A DNA stretch of 64,000 nt, taken from Bacteroidales bacterium (GTDB lineage Bacteria > Bacteroidota > Bacteroidia > Bacteroidales > P3). Below, piece after piece: positions 1-9,915 of this stretch. The notes under the pieces were generated by a model. The model was given only the letters and a program-made list of their open reading frames with translations, ran no database searches and was not told the origin of the DNA. The stretch spans positions 6,949-70,948 of the forward strand of contig JAFUVR010000037.1 in assembly GCA_017477485.1 (NCBI GenBank), given 5' to 3'. Positions within the stretch are counted from its first letter, which is position 1. Each line of letters starts with the position of its first letter. A program made the translations under genes and the position numbers.

Positions 1-1160
1 CAGGCTTGTTGGCAGATGCGGAAGGGTACGGGAGCCCTATAGCCCTTACGGCCCGACTGGAGGGAGTCCTTCTGCTGAGCGAAGAAGTAGGGGGTGCCGT
101 CGTAGATATAGCCGTTGGGGCCATCATAGTCGGCAGTGCGAGCAAGGTAGTCTTTCACGAAACGGTCGTAACAGTCTTCATAGACCTGGATGCCCGAGGC
201 GGGATGCAGGTTGAGCGCTGTTTTGAGGTTGAGGTCGTGGAGCTGGGAGAGAAAGCCTGCAGGATCGGGGAAGAGGTCGCGGTTCCACGTGTAGCCTGTC
301 CATCCGCGACGTTGGCCGAATTGGTCGCGTCCGGTGCGTTCGGTGAGCGGCTTCCATGTCTCGTGCCAGTCCATGTCGACAATCATGACGTCGATGGGGA
401 TGCCGCGACGACGCATCTCGCGGGCCAAATCCACCATCTCGTCGTCGGTGTAGATCCAATAACGGCTCCACCAGTAGCCGAAAGTATATTTGGGCGGCAT
501 GGGTATGCGACCGCAGATGCGCGTGAAGTCTTTCAAGGCGGCGGCATAGTCGTGTCCATAGGCAAAGAGGTAGAGGTCCAGCCTGTCGCCAGCAGGACGG
601 GGGGCGACCCACTCGCCCCAGTCCGAGCTGTTACGCTGGAGGAGATGCCTGTCCGACTCGTCGACGACGGCCCATCCGTCGCGCGAGAGGATGCCGCCCT
701 CCATATAGTTGTCGCGATAGCTTATCTTCTTAAAGCCCTCGCATCCGTCAAGGGTGCGGGTGGTGCCCAACAGGTTGCCCGAAGTGTCGGCCCCCGGGTG
801 CCATATCCGCTGACGACCGTTCAGGCGGAACGCGACAGAAAGGTTGTCCCTGTTGAAACGACCCCCCGAGTAGGTCAGCGTCAGGCGGGCGGTGCGGATG
901 ACAAGGTGTCCGTTGCCACGCGCTACGGTGAAGGCGGGCACCTCCGTCCTGCGGTTCACCACGCCCAGCGTGGCACGGTCCTCGAAGCGCCCATCGGCAC
1001 TCCACTCCATGCGTATCAGACGGTCGGTAAGCACGGTGAAACGGGCATTGCCCTCCACCACCATGGCCTTGGCGTCGGCCTGTGGGTCGTGGCTGGCGGG
1101 CTGGGCTACGAGTGTCCATGGCAAAGCCAGGAGCAAACAGAGTAGGGAAAGGACTCTCAT
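1..1160 (-). CDS. Glycoside hydrolase family 31 (alpha-glucosidase/alpha-xylosidase-like), N-terminal part; 3' end lies beyond the left window edge
   Basis: Absent from the ORF track because it is open at the window edge. Hand translation of the minus strand from ATG 1160-1158 gives MRVLSLLCLLLALPWTLVAQ (signal peptide), then GNLLGTTRTLDGC, PKYTFGYWWSRYW, GIPIDVMIVDMDWH and LNLHPASG, which are typical GH31 blocks. The listed + ORF 6..1145 is its antisense shadow. Confidence 0.8.
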   Translation of the reverse strand, partial: MRVLSLLCLLLALPWTLVAQPASHDPQADAKAMVVEGNARFTVLTDRLIRMEWSADGRFEDRATLGVVNRRTEVPAFTVARGNGHLVIRTARLTLTYSGGRFNRDNLSVAFRLNGRQRIWHPGADTSGNLLGTTRTLDGCEGFKKISYRDNYMEGGILSRDGWAVVDESDRHLLQRNSSDWGEWVAPRPAGDRLDLYLFAYGHDYAAALKDFTRICGRIPMPPKYTFGYWWSRYWIYTDDEMVDLAREMRRRGIPIDVMIVDMDWHETWKPLTERTGRDQFGQRRGWTGYTWNRDLFPDPAGFLSQLHDLNLKTALNLHPASGIQVYEDCYDRFVKDYLARTADYDGPNGYIYDGTPYFFAQQKDSLQSGRKGYRAPVPFRICQQA

Positions 1161-1222
1161 ACGGTCAGACATAGGTGTAGAATACGTTTGATGAATATTT
1201 GAAAAGGAACCGCACATGTAGA

Positions 1223-2760
1223 CTATCGTCCCCACGTGTCGCGGTCTAAGGAACGGTAATTGATAGCTTCGCTAAGGTGCTCGACGGTGATGGCGGGTGA
1301 GACGTCGAGGTCGGCAATGGTGCGGGCCACCTTGAGGATACGGTCGTAGGCACGTGCGGAGAGGCCCAGTTTCTCCATGGCCAGTTTCATGCGTTCCTGA
1401 CATTCGGCATCAAGGACGCAATGCTGACGGAAGAGACGGCTGTTCATCTGTGCATTGCAATGGATGCCAGGGCACCCGCGGAACCGCTCCTCCTGTATCT
1501 TGCGTGCCGCGATGACACGTTCGCGGATGGTCTGGCTGTTTTCGCCAGCCTTCATAGTGGCCAAGTTCTTGAAGGGGACGGGCGTAACCTCGATGTGAAG
1601 GTCGATGCGGTCGAGCAGAGGTCCCGACACCTTGTTCATATATTTGCGGACAGCGCCTGGGGCACAGGTACACTCGATGGTGGGGTGGTTGTAATAGCCG
1701 CAAGGACAAGGATTCATGGCGGCCACGAGCATGAAGCTGGCGGGATAGTCGACCGACATCTTGGCGCGCGAGATGGTCACGCGGCGTTCTTCCATAGGCT
1801 GTCGCAAGACTTCGAGCACCTGACGGCGGAACTCCGGCAACTCGTCAAGGAAGAGCACGCCATTGTGAGCCAGCGAGATCTCGCCCGGCTGCGGTTGGCG
1901 CCACCGCCCACGAGGGCCACGTCGCTCACGGTGTGGTGGGGGGCACGGAAGGGACGCACGGCGATGAGCGAATCCTCCTTGCGCATCTTGCCCGCCACGC
2001 TGTGTATCTGTGTGGTCTCCAACGACTCTTCGAGGCTCAGCGGCGGCAGGATAGAGGGCAGCCGTTTGGCCAACATGCTCTTTCCGGCGCCCGGAGGTCC
2101 AATCAGGATGACATTGTGGCCGCCTGCGGCAGCCACCTCCAGAGCACGTTTGACCCCTTCCTGCCCTTTGACGTCGGCAAAGTCGAACTCGTACTGGTTG
2201 AGATGCGAGGCAAACTCGCCGCGGGTGTCGACAACCGTAGGGAGCAGATCGCCCTCGCCGTTGAGCAGGTCCACAACCTCCTTGAGGTTATGGGCGCCGT
2301 AGACCTCAAGATTATTGACGATGGCGGCCTCACGGGCATTGTCGGCAGGCACGATGAGACCTTTGTAGTGCTGACGGCGTGCCTCGATGGCAATAGGCAA
2401 AGCACCCTTTATGGGGCGCAGGCCACCATCGAGCGAGAGTTCGCCCATGATGACATACTTGTCAAGGTCGTCGGCCCGCATCTGGCCCGAAGCACCGAGG
2501 ATGCCAATGGCAATGGTGAGGTCGTAGGAGGAGCCTTCCTTGCGTATGTCGGCAGGAGCCATATTGACCACGATGCGTTTGCCTGGAATATTGAAGCCGT
2601 ACTGCGACACAGCGGTGGCAATGCGCTGCTGGCTTTCCTTGACGGCATTGTCGGGCAGGCCCACCATGGTGAAGTTGATGCCTGGGTCGACGCTGACCTC
2701 TACTGTAACCATCATGGCATTGACACCAAAGATGGCGCTCCCGTAAGTCTTTACAAGCAT
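1223..2760 (-). pseudogene. comM: Mg-chelatase-like AAA+ protein ComM/YifB, split by a 1-nt frameshift (true pseudogene or homopolymer sequencing error)
   Basis: ORF 1777..2760 ([22 protein letters not shown]..., Walker A GPPGAGKS, ..[18 protein letters not shown]) and ORF 1223..1858 ([31 protein letters not shown]...) are the N- and C-halves of one YifB-family protein in different frames. Confidence 0.85.
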
Positions 2761-2867
2761 AGTTGATTGAGTTTCATTTTAGATTACAAAAATACGCAAA
2801 AAGTCAGAAACCACAACCCCACGCCGACCAAAAAGAGCGCCGGCTCGCCGACGAAAGCAAAAAAACG

Positions 2868-2875
2868 TATCTTTG
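2868..2875 (+). promoter_or_regulatory. Bacteroidetes-type -7 promoter box TATCTTTG (consensus TAnnTTTG)
   Basis: Exact consensus match 87 nt upstream of ATG 2962. Confidence 0.45.
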
Positions 2876-2961
2876 CACAACGATTGCCGACAGCAGGAAA
2901 GCCTGACGGCGAGCCGCACAAATCAATATATCGAATTGACCCACTTAACATTGAGCAACGC

Positions 2962-3660
2962 ATGACCGACGTATTCTTGTTTCACAGCCGCCAGCAGGTG
3001 CTGCAGCGAGTGCTGGACTGGGGTTTTCTGCCTTTTTTTGAGAACGGGATAGAGGGGTTCTCCATTGCCGAGCACACGCCGGAGGAGCTGTGGTTTGAGA
3101 AAGGCGTAGAAGGGCCATGGGAATGGAAAGGTCCCATCATAGGCGAATGGAAGTGTGCCTATGGCAAATTCTTTGCTGGCAAGGCGGGGTTCGTCAGCCT
3201 CGACTGGCTGCCGGACTTCATCAACTGGCGTCGCCACTTACGTCCGCTCTCTGCACTGGGCGACGAGGCCGCCCACGTGCTCGACGTGCTGAGAGAGAAA
3301 GAATCGCTCCTGTCGCACGAACTCAAACAGGCCGCAGGCTACAGCCTAAGCCGTCGTCGCTGGAAAGGCGACGCCATGCACTCCGTCCGCATCGAGAAGA
3401 CGGGGGCCGAGTGCGACAACCTGCTCAAAGAATTGGAGATGAGCACCTATGTCTGTATCGCCGACTTTGAATACAAATACACGCGAGGTGGCGAGCGCTA
3501 CGGATGGGGCGTGGCCCGCTACTGCACGCCGGAGGCCATGTACGGCAGTGGCATCGCGCACTGCGAGCGGACACCCGAGGAGTCGCGCCAGCGCATGACA
3601 GCCCATCTGGCACAACTCTTCCCTCAGGCCACACAACGCCAGATAGAACGCCTTATCTGA
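2962..3660 (+). CDS. Conserved hypothetical protein; resembles the ~230-aa Bacteroidales family I recall being annotated as AlkZ-related (winged-helix)
   Basis: ORF 2767..3660. Start placed at ATG 2962 (MTDVFLFHSRQQVLQRVLDWGFLPFFENGIEGFSIAEHTPEELWF..GPWEWKGPI) because the upstream part spans the promoter box and is low-complexity. The family assignment is from memory only. Confidence 0.6.
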   Translation: MTDVFLFHSRQQVLQRVLDWGFLPFFENGIEGFSIAEHTPEELWFEKGVEGPWEWKGPIIGEWKCAYGKFFAGKAGFVSLDWLPDFINWRRHLRPLSALGDEAAHVLDVLREKESLLSHELKQAAGYSLSRRRWKGDAMHSVRIEKTGAECDNLLKELEMSTYVCIADFEYKYTRGGERYGWGVARYCTPEAMYGSGIAHCERTPEESRQRMTAHLAQLFPQATQRQIERLI

Positions 3661-3792
3661 CCCCCATCGCCCACACATCTTCGCCCCTGCAGACACCTCC
3701 TATAGGCAAAAAAACAACAAAGAAACAAGCACATATACAACAAAATAGACAATAACGAGAAAAAATAATTTTGTCGGAATAAAAAAAGAGCT

Positions 3793-3800
3793 TATCTTTG
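3793..3800 (+). promoter_or_regulatory. -7 promoter box TATCTTTG for tRNA-Ala
   Basis: Consensus TAnnTTTG 16 nt upstream of the tRNA 5' end. Confidence 0.5.
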
Positions 3801-3815
3801 CAAACCGAAAACGAT

Positions 3816-3889
3816 GGGGTATTAGCTCACTTGGCTAGAGCGTTTGACTGGCAGTCAAAAGGTAATCGGTTCGATTCCGATATACTCCA
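3816..3889 (+). tRNA. tRNA-Ala (anticodon GGC)
   Basis: Cloverleaf by hand: acceptor GGGGTAT/ATACTCC with the G3:U70 Ala identity pair, anticodon stem TTTGA/TCAAA, loop CTGGCAG, T-loop GGTTCGATTCC. No encoded CCA. Confidence 0.9.
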
Positions 3890-3895
3890 CAAGAG

Positions 3896-3918
3896 AAGAG
3901 GCTAAGGCCTCTTTTTTT
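3896..3918 (+). terminator. Intrinsic terminator after tRNA-Ala(GGC)
   Basis: GAGGC-taag-GCCTC hairpin followed by T7. Confidence 0.6.
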
Positions 3919-3978
3919 GAATAGAGACAAGGTGAATGAAAAGGGCCAAGCAGACGACGTGCCGGCCACACAAAAAAA

Positions 3979-4051
3979 GGGGTATTAGCTCATCTGGTAG
4001 AGCGTTTGGTTCGCAATCAAAAGGTAATCGGTTCGAGTCCGATATACTCCA
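3979..4051 (+). tRNA. tRNA-Ala (anticodon CGC)
   Basis: Same acceptor stem with G3:U70, anticodon loop TTCGCAA, T-loop GGTTCGAGTCC. Confidence 0.9.
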
Positions 4052-4055
4052 CAAG

Positions 4056-4095
4056 AGGCAACTCCCACATCGGTCGGTTGCCTTTTTTGTTTTTC
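4056..4095 (+). terminator. Intrinsic terminator after tRNA-Ala(CGC)
   Basis: GGCAAC...GTTGCC hairpin followed by TTTTTTGTTTTT. Confidence 0.6.
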
Positions 4096-4111
4096 AAAAG
4101 CAAGACTATCT

Positions 4112-4864
4112 ATGAGGCCCAACCATCATTTCACCATCGTGTGCCTGCTCCTTGCCGTATGGATGTTCGGTGCCTGCGAAAAGACATCCGATGAAGCACA
4201 GCATGGCACAGTCCTCCTACAGGACTTCCCATTGTTGCAGCAAACGACCGATTACACATGTGGCAACACCTCGGCCCTCATGGTCCTCCGCTATTATGGC
4301 ATTGACGATGTGACCGAAGAGCAACTCGCCGTAGCCATGCATACCCACTCCGCCTCCGACCTTGACACGGTCAAGCCCGGCACGGCGCGACAACTGCTGG
4401 ACTATGGCACCAGCGTGGGCGAGATGTGGAACTACTTCGCCCAACGGACGGACTTCCGCATCGTGGCCTCCAGCTATGGGCAGGCGGACAGCCTGCCCCT
4501 GCTTGCCGACACCGCCCTCGTAGGCATACAGGCTGTCGGCAACCACGACCGTCCCTTTGCCGACTATGACGAGGCGGCACAATTCCTCGTCTCGCACATC
4601 AGACAAGGACGTCCCGTCATGGTATGCTGGAATCTGTGGGGCGGCCACTGGACGGTATGCATAGGCTATGACGACAATGCCACACCGTCGTTCTATGACG
4701 ACGACATCCTCGTCATGGCCGACCCCTACGACACCACCGACGGCAAGACAGAAGGGCTCACGCGCGTGAGCCTCGTCCAGTTCTTCTACGACTGGTTCTG
4801 CATCATGACGCCTAAACCATGGCAGCTCCAGCCCTATCTCGTCGTGGAGCGCATCCGCTCATAA
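4112..4864 (+). CDS. Lipoprotein, papain-like cysteine peptidase of the C39-like family
   Basis: Lipobox LLLAVWMFGAC. Candidate Cys nucleophile context TDYTCGNTSALMVLRYYG and His context GGHWTVCIGYDD. Confidence 0.65.
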   Translation: MRPNHHFTIVCLLLAVWMFGACEKTSDEAQHGTVLLQDFPLLQQTTDYTCGNTSALMVLRYYGIDDVTEEQLAVAMHTHSASDLDTVKPGTARQLLDYGTSVGEMWNYFAQRTDFRIVASSYGQADSLPLLADTALVGIQAVGNHDRPFADYDEAAQFLVSHIRQGRPVMVCWNLWGGHWTVCIGYDDNATPSFYDDDILVMADPYDTTDGKTEGLTRVSLVQFFYDWFCIMTPKPWQLQPYLVVERIRS

Positions 4865-5143
4865 ACCCTGGCCCTTCGGAGGGTTAGAGTCATTCTACAG
4901 CCTCTTCATTCTGCAACGGGCCACCTCGACGCAACAAGACGATGCATGCGGCGTGGTCTTGCATACACTGAAAAAAAAGGCGGAGACATGGGACGAATGC
5001 TGACGTCCCGTAGCAGGCCTGCCCGACAGCAAGAGAATCCGTATTTGCCTTCAGCCCGGAATGCGGAAAGCAGCGATTGCCACGGTTTGTCGGGAAAGGG
5101 ACTCTCCGAGGCCGTCGGCAATCCAAAGTTAAATTTTTTTTTG

Positions 5144-5151
5144 TACCTTTG
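5144..5151 (+). promoter_or_regulatory. -7 promoter box TACCTTTG
   Basis: 31 nt upstream of ATG 5182. Confidence 0.45.
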
Positions 5152-5181
5152 CAGAATTAACAATAAACAAGGAGGATAGCC

Positions 5182-6696
5182 ATGACGAACCATGATCTGA
5201 TGCAGCTTTTGAAAGAAGGAAAGATAGACGAAGCACACACCCATGCACTGGCCGACTATGAGCAGCAGGCCGACGATTCTGCGAGGCTGAACCTCGCCCT
5301 TGCCAAGGCAGCGCTGTGCGGACAGCAGGCCGAAGCGGGCGACTACGAAGGTTTTGCAGAGCAGCTGAGAGGGCTGTCGGACATCAAGGCATTGCCGATA
5401 GTACGGATTTCCAACACGCTCTGCTGGTCGTTTCTCAAGATGGCCAACCGTATGAGCGGCAGTCCCGAGGAGATGGCCCTGCGGTGCGACAGCATGGGCC
5501 ACTACGCCATGCAGCTGAATCCAGAACGGCCCAGCCAGAACGCGTCAATACTCTGCAAAGCCATGCTGGTGCTGCGCAAGAAGCACGGGTGGAGCCACTT
5601 TGCCACCTTCATGGACTGGTTCGGATGGGACGCCTTCCGGCTGGAAGACTACCAGTGCGAAGAGATGAGCGAGCGGCGGCGGATGCCCGTCTCGCTGGTT
5701 GAGAGTGCCTACGCGGCCTATGCACGAGACCTGCTGCACCGAGGCAATCAAGAGGCCATAGCGACCTTCTTGCCGCGCATGGAGGCCATGAGCGAACAGC
5801 ATCCCGAGATGACGTGGGTGGCCTACTACACTGGAAAGCTCCTCATAGCCCTTGGCAATCTCAACGACGACACCCGCCGGCGTGTCAAAGCCTTCGTCAA
5901 ACGCAAAAACCGCGATTTCTGGGCCTGGGACATGCTGGCCGACGTGGCCGGCGACGACGAGCTGCGCATGGCATGCTATTGCAAGGCCCTCACCTGCCCC
6001 TCGGAAGAACTCATGAAGCGGAACGTGCACATCAAACTGGCACGCCTGCTCCACGCCAAGGGGATGGATAGCGAGGCCAAAGCCGAATACCGCGCCATCA
6101 TGGCCGCCCTGCGGGCCGGGGGCTACACCGCCCCGCAGTACCTTGTCGAGATAGCGGCTGAAGAATGGTATCAACATGCCGCAGCACCTGACAACAATCG
6201 ACAATTCTACTACACGCTTGTACCGAAAGCCGAGGCATTTCTCTACGCCGGCATTGAAGAGCAAGACCTCTTCATCACCTACATCAACACCGAGAAACGC
6301 ACGGCACGCTACGTCACCAAGAACCATCAGGAGGGATTTCTCCACACCACGCACCTCAACCGTGGAAGGGGGGTGGCCCTCTATCACGTCTATCGCTGTC
6401 GCATGGAGCATGACGGACAACGCACACAGGTGTACACCTGCACCGAGATGACCGACATGGCACCCTATGAGGGCATCTTCATCCGTCGCGAGACAGGGGT
6501 ACTGAAAACCCTTGCCACAGGCACCGCCTTCGTGAACGGAATATTCGTTACCAAGGCGCTGGCCGAACCTTATGACAACGGGACGCATGTAGCCGTAAAA
6601 GCCATACTCAACTACAACAAAATCAAGCAAGAATGGAGTTGGCGTGCTCTGAAGCTGGCACCCGTCGAAAGCAGTGCGACCGACAGACAGCAATAG
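5182..6696 (+). CDS. Hypothetical protein: long alpha-helical (TPR-like) region plus C-terminal S1/cold-shock-like OB-fold
   Basis: 504-aa ORF with native codon usage. The C-terminus ETGVLKTLATGTAFVNGIFVTKALAEPYDNGTHVAVKAILNYNKIKQEWSWRALKL has the beta-strand pattern of an S1/CSD OB-fold. Confidence 0.6.
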   Translation: MTNHDLMQLLKEGKIDEAHTHALADYEQQADDSARLNLALAKAALCGQQAEAGDYEGFAEQLRGLSDIKALPIVRISNTLCWSFLKMANRMSGSPEEMALRCDSMGHYAMQLNPERPSQNASILCKAMLVLRKKHGWSHFATFMDWFGWDAFRLEDYQCEEMSERRRMPVSLVESAYAAYARDLLHRGNQEAIATFLPRMEAMSEQHPEMTWVAYYTGKLLIALGNLNDDTRRRVKAFVKRKNRDFWAWDMLADVAGDDELRMACYCKALTCPSEELMKRNVHIKLARLLHAKGMDSEAKAEYRAIMAALRAGGYTAPQYLVEIAAEEWYQHAAAPDNNRQFYYTLVPKAEAFLYAGIEEQDLFITYINTEKRTARYVTKNHQEGFLHTTHLNRGRGVALYHVYRCRMEHDGQRTQVYTCTEMTDMAPYEGIFIRRETGVLKTLATGTAFVNGIFVTKALAEPYDNGTHVAVKAILNYNKIKQEWSWRALKLAPVESSATDRQQ

Positions 6697-6795
6697 ATCC
6701 TCATCGCGCCACGCTGCGGGAGAGCCCGCCACACATAATCCGAACAACGAGACGAAAGGCAGACGGATTTTTGCCAAAAAAAGCCAGTTTTTTTC

Positions 6796-6803
6796 TATCT
6801 TTG
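6796..6803 (+). promoter_or_regulatory. -7 promoter box TATCTTTG
   Basis: Upstream of cls (ATG 6936). Confidence 0.4.
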
Positions 6804-6935
6804 CAAGCGGAATGACAAGACGTGGCCAAACGGCTATCCACCTCGTATCTATCAAGAGCATCGCAGGCATAACACACGAAAAAGAGCCACAAAGGTTGCC
6901 CCATCCCACAAACCCGAGGAGAAAAAAACAAAAAA

Positions 6936-8174
6936 ATGAAGCTGGTGTACTGGTTCCTATTATTGTTTACGACGATAGTGATAGCATGGGTGGCATGGCT
7001 GCTGAGCAAGCCCAAAGTGCTGCCAGCCATCAGCGCGCAACGCATGGCCGAGTTGGACCAATGGATGCCGCAGGAGAGCCGCGAGGGCAACACCATCAGC
7101 ACCTACACCCAGTTTGCCCCTATGCTGGAACAGCTGACAGCCGACATAGCCGATGCGAAGCATCATGTGCACATACAATTTTTCAAATTTGAAGACGACA
7201 GCGTGGGCAACCTGCTGGGCGACGCTCTCGCCTCACGGGTTGCGGAAGGCGTAGAGGCACGTCTGCTCTACGACGACCTCTGCTGTAGCAAGTGGAAGCC
7301 GCTCTACCGGCGACTGGAAGCGCAAGGCGTGCAGACAGCAGGCTACGGACGCGTGCCCTGGCCCTTCTTCCGAAAACGCGACAACTATCGCAACCACCGC
7401 AAAATCGTGGTCATCGATGGACGCGTGGCCTACATGGGAGGCATGAACATCGCCGACCGCTACTCCCACGGGCTCGACTGGGGGACATGGCACGACATCA
7501 TGATCCGCATCGAGGGCCCCACCGTGGCACAGCTGCAACGCTCCTTCCTCATCGACTGGCAGTATGCCACCGACAACCTGCCCCTCGGCCCACAGTATTT
7601 CCCATCCGTGACAAAGGTCGGCGACATGCCGATAGACATCGTCTGTTCCGGCCCTATCGGCGAGGGGCCGGCCATCATGCAGCGTCTCATCGAATTGCTC
7701 GACAAGAGCCGCGACTATGTCTACTGCGAGTCGCCCTACTTCATTCCTCCCGAGGAGTTGATGCAGGCTTTCTGCCGTGCTGCGCGACGCGGGGTAGATA
7801 TCCGCGTATTGCAGCCACTGCGCGGCGACCGTGGCGAGACCACGCAACATGCGTCGCACGCCCTCTTTGCCGAAGCCATGGAAGCCGGGGTACGTTTCGG
7901 CGTCTATCAACCGGGCTTCCTCCACACCAAACTGACGGTGGCCGACGACTCGGTAGCCATCGTTGCGTCGAGCAACATCGACTACCGGAGCATGCTCCTC
8001 TGCCAGGAGGTAGCCGCCATGGTGGCCGACAGCGGCTATGCCCTACAGGCCAAACGGCTGTTTGCAGCTGACGAAGAGCAGTCCCGCTATATAGCCCCCG
8101 AGGAATGGGGCAACCGTCCACGAACACAGAAACTTAAAGAATGGCTGGCCAGCATCATAGCCTCGCAGCTTTGA
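6936..8174 (+). CDS. cls: Cardiolipin synthase (phospholipase D superfamily)
   Basis: N-terminal TM segment and two HKD motifs: HRKIVVIDGRVAYMGGMN and LHTKLTVADDSVAIVASSN. Confidence 0.85.
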   Translation: MKLVYWFLLLFTTIVIAWVAWLLSKPKVLPAISAQRMAELDQWMPQESREGNTISTYTQFAPMLEQLTADIADAKHHVHIQFFKFEDDSVGNLLGDALASRVAEGVEARLLYDDLCCSKWKPLYRRLEAQGVQTAGYGRVPWPFFRKRDNYRNHRKIVVIDGRVAYMGGMNIADRYSHGLDWGTWHDIMIRIEGPTVAQLQRSFLIDWQYATDNLPLGPQYFPSVTKVGDMPIDIVCSGPIGEGPAIMQRLIELLDKSRDYVYCESPYFIPPEELMQAFCRAARRGVDIRVLQPLRGDRGETTQHASHALFAEAMEAGVRFGVYQPGFLHTKLTVADDSVAIVASSNIDYRSMLLCQEVAAMVADSGYALQAKRLFAADEEQSRYIAPEEWGNRPRTQKLKEWLASIIASQL

Positions 8175-8227
8175 CACCACGCCGCCGCCACCCGCCCCCT
8201 CCATTTCCAACAGAAAAAACCACCCTC

Positions 8228-8947
8228 ATGACCGACTCCGCACCCATCAAACAAGCACAACGCATACAGACCTCTTTTATCAACGGAATAGAGCGTAAAG
8301 CCCTCGTATGGCTGGCCGAACGGCAACCACGATGGATGACCTCCGACATGCTGACGGGCATCGGTATCGTAGGCGCCTTCCTCGTAGGTCTCGGCTTCGT
8401 ACTGACGCGATACGACATCCACTGGCTGTGGCTCAGCTGTGCGGGACTGGTCATCAACTGGTATGGAGACTCGCTTGACGGCACCCTGGCGCGCGTTCGG
8501 CAGTGCCAGCGCCCTATCTATGGCTACTATCTGGACCACACCATCGACTGTGTCAACGAAGCCTTCATGTTCATCGGAGCAGGCCTCTCGCCCCTGCTCA
8601 ACTTCAACCTTGCCCTGCTGGCCTTCATCCTCTACCTCTTCATGACCATCAACGTTAGCATCAACGCACATCTGAAGAGCGAGTTCCGCCTCACCTATGC
8701 CAAACTGGGTCCCACAGAGTTCCGCCTGCTCATCATCATTGCCTGTATTGTGGTGATGTCGTTCCCGTCGCTGGCAACCTACTACAGCGTCAACATCGCG
8801 GGCATAAGGACTGTGATTACCACCCTCGACATAGTAGCCCTCTTCATCATTGTGCTGCTAACGGTCATCTACATTGCCAGCATCATCAGCGATGCACGCA
8901 AGTATGCCGCCATCGACCCACCAAAAAAATATAAACAGGAGAAATAG
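8228..8947 (+). CDS. CDP-alcohol phosphatidyltransferase family protein
   Basis: Motif DSLDGTLARVRQCQRPIYGYYLDHTID (D-G-x2-A-R...G-x3-D-x3-D) and multiple TM segments. Start moved to ATG 8228 (MTDSAPIKQ) because the ORF 5' end overlaps cls. Confidence 0.8.
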   Translation: MTDSAPIKQAQRIQTSFINGIERKALVWLAERQPRWMTSDMLTGIGIVGAFLVGLGFVLTRYDIHWLWLSCAGLVINWYGDSLDGTLARVRQCQRPIYGYYLDHTIDCVNEAFMFIGAGLSPLLNFNLALLAFILYLFMTINVSINAHLKSEFRLTYAKLGPTEFRLLIIIACIVVMSFPSLATYYSVNIAGIRTVITTLDIVALFIIVLLTVIYIASIISDARKYAAIDPPKKYKQEK

Positions 8948-9049
8948 TCTGTCACCGCCGACCCCCGCATGCAATGGCCGCACAAGGCGATAGCAGACAC
9001 GGCTGCCAGACGCAGACACCAATTATTTGGCTGCATTGAAAAAAAGATT

Positions 9050-9057
9050 TATTTTTG
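9050..9057 (+). promoter_or_regulatory. -7 promoter box TATTTTTG
   Basis: 35 nt upstream of ATG 9092. Confidence 0.45.
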
Positions 9058-9091
9058 CAAAATCAAAACATCTACAAAATAAGCAAACATC

Positions 9092-9877
9092 ATGAGTATC
9101 ATTGAGTATTTCAACGCCCATTCGCCCATTTCCAATCTTCCCGACCTACTCAATCTCCACCACAGCGACCCGCTGGGCATGGGAACCGTCGCAATGCCTG
9201 TCATTATCTTCGTGCTGACCTTTGTCATGGCATGGGTCAACAACCGCATCCGCCGCCACGGCAAGTCGAACCTCTACAACCTGCTCTACGGGCTGCTGGG
9301 GGCCACGCTGGTGTGCGTCTACTATTATTGCTTCCAAGGCAACTTGCCGCTCCATTCGTTCTACGACAACGTGCCTGCGCATCCCGTCATCGGGTGGTTC
9401 TGCCAGCACGACCTCGTGGGCTGGGGCGTAGCCATCCCCTGCCTGCTGGCCATGACCTTCGTCATCTACAACCTGCTGACGGCCTGCATGCAGACCGTGG
9501 CACAGCTCTCGGTAGAGGCCAAACTGATAGAAGGCAAGCCATGGAAGGAATGGAAGACGGCAGTCTACATCCTGCTCATCGGCGTGCTGCTCATCGAACT
9601 CTCAGTCTTCATCAGCTACACCCTCTCCACATGGATGTTCGTGGCCACACAGGCAGCGCTGGTTATCTTCGTAATCTACAAAATCGTGGCCGACAGCCGT
9701 CGCTGCGGCAGCATCAAATGGGGATTGCTCATCGGTTGCACCGCCCTGGTCTGCATCGAGGCCTGCTTCATGCTCTCCGTGGAGTGTCTGAGCGGCGCCA
9801 TCTTCTTCATCGTCATCCTTGCCGCTTTCCTCACCCAGGCCAAGGCACGCAAGAAAAAAGTCGACAAAGCCCAATAG
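9092..9877 (+). CDS. Integral membrane protein, function unknown
   Basis: 261-aa ORF with about 7 hydrophobic segments. Followed by a strong terminator. Confidence 0.6.
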   Translation: MSIIEYFNAHSPISNLPDLLNLHHSDPLGMGTVAMPVIIFVLTFVMAWVNNRIRRHGKSNLYNLLYGLLGATLVCVYYYCFQGNLPLHSFYDNVPAHPVIGWFCQHDLVGWGVAIPCLLAMTFVIYNLLTACMQTVAQLSVEAKLIEGKPWKEWKTAVYILLIGVLLIELSVFISYTLSTWMFVATQAALVIFVIYKIVADSRRCGSIKWGLLIGCTALVCIEACFMLSVECLSGAIFFIVILAAFLTQAKARKKKVDKAQ

Positions 9878-9915
9878 GCCATACCCTCCGACCACACACC
9901 ATTCTCACCCATACT

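Noticed and set aside
6-1145. 379-aa + strand ORF at the left edge
   Set aside because: It has antisense-type composition (Val/Gly/Ala/Arg-rich, no motifs). The opposite strand encodes a clear GH31 protein with a signal peptide and catalytic blocks.
2767-2961. N-terminal 65-aa extension (TTG start) of ORF 2767..3660
   Set aside because: It is low-complexity, spans the TATCTTTG promoter box at 2868-2875, and starts 7 nt from comM. ATG 2962 gives a sensible N-terminus.
5545-6909. 454-aa minus ORF overlapping the 5182..6696 gene
   Set aside because: It is a GC-rich antisense shadow ORF with no start context or motifs. The same judgement applies to 11470..12654(-), 12809..14335(-), 14911..16059(-), 20215..21423(-), 21997..23391(-), 23736..25070(-), 26368..27411(+), 38635..39543(+), 41257..43140(-), 44919..46499(+), 46686..47546(+), 48389..49708(+), 49799..50962(+), 50907..52223(+) and 54170..55084(+). 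All of these lie opposite genes with strong family signatures.
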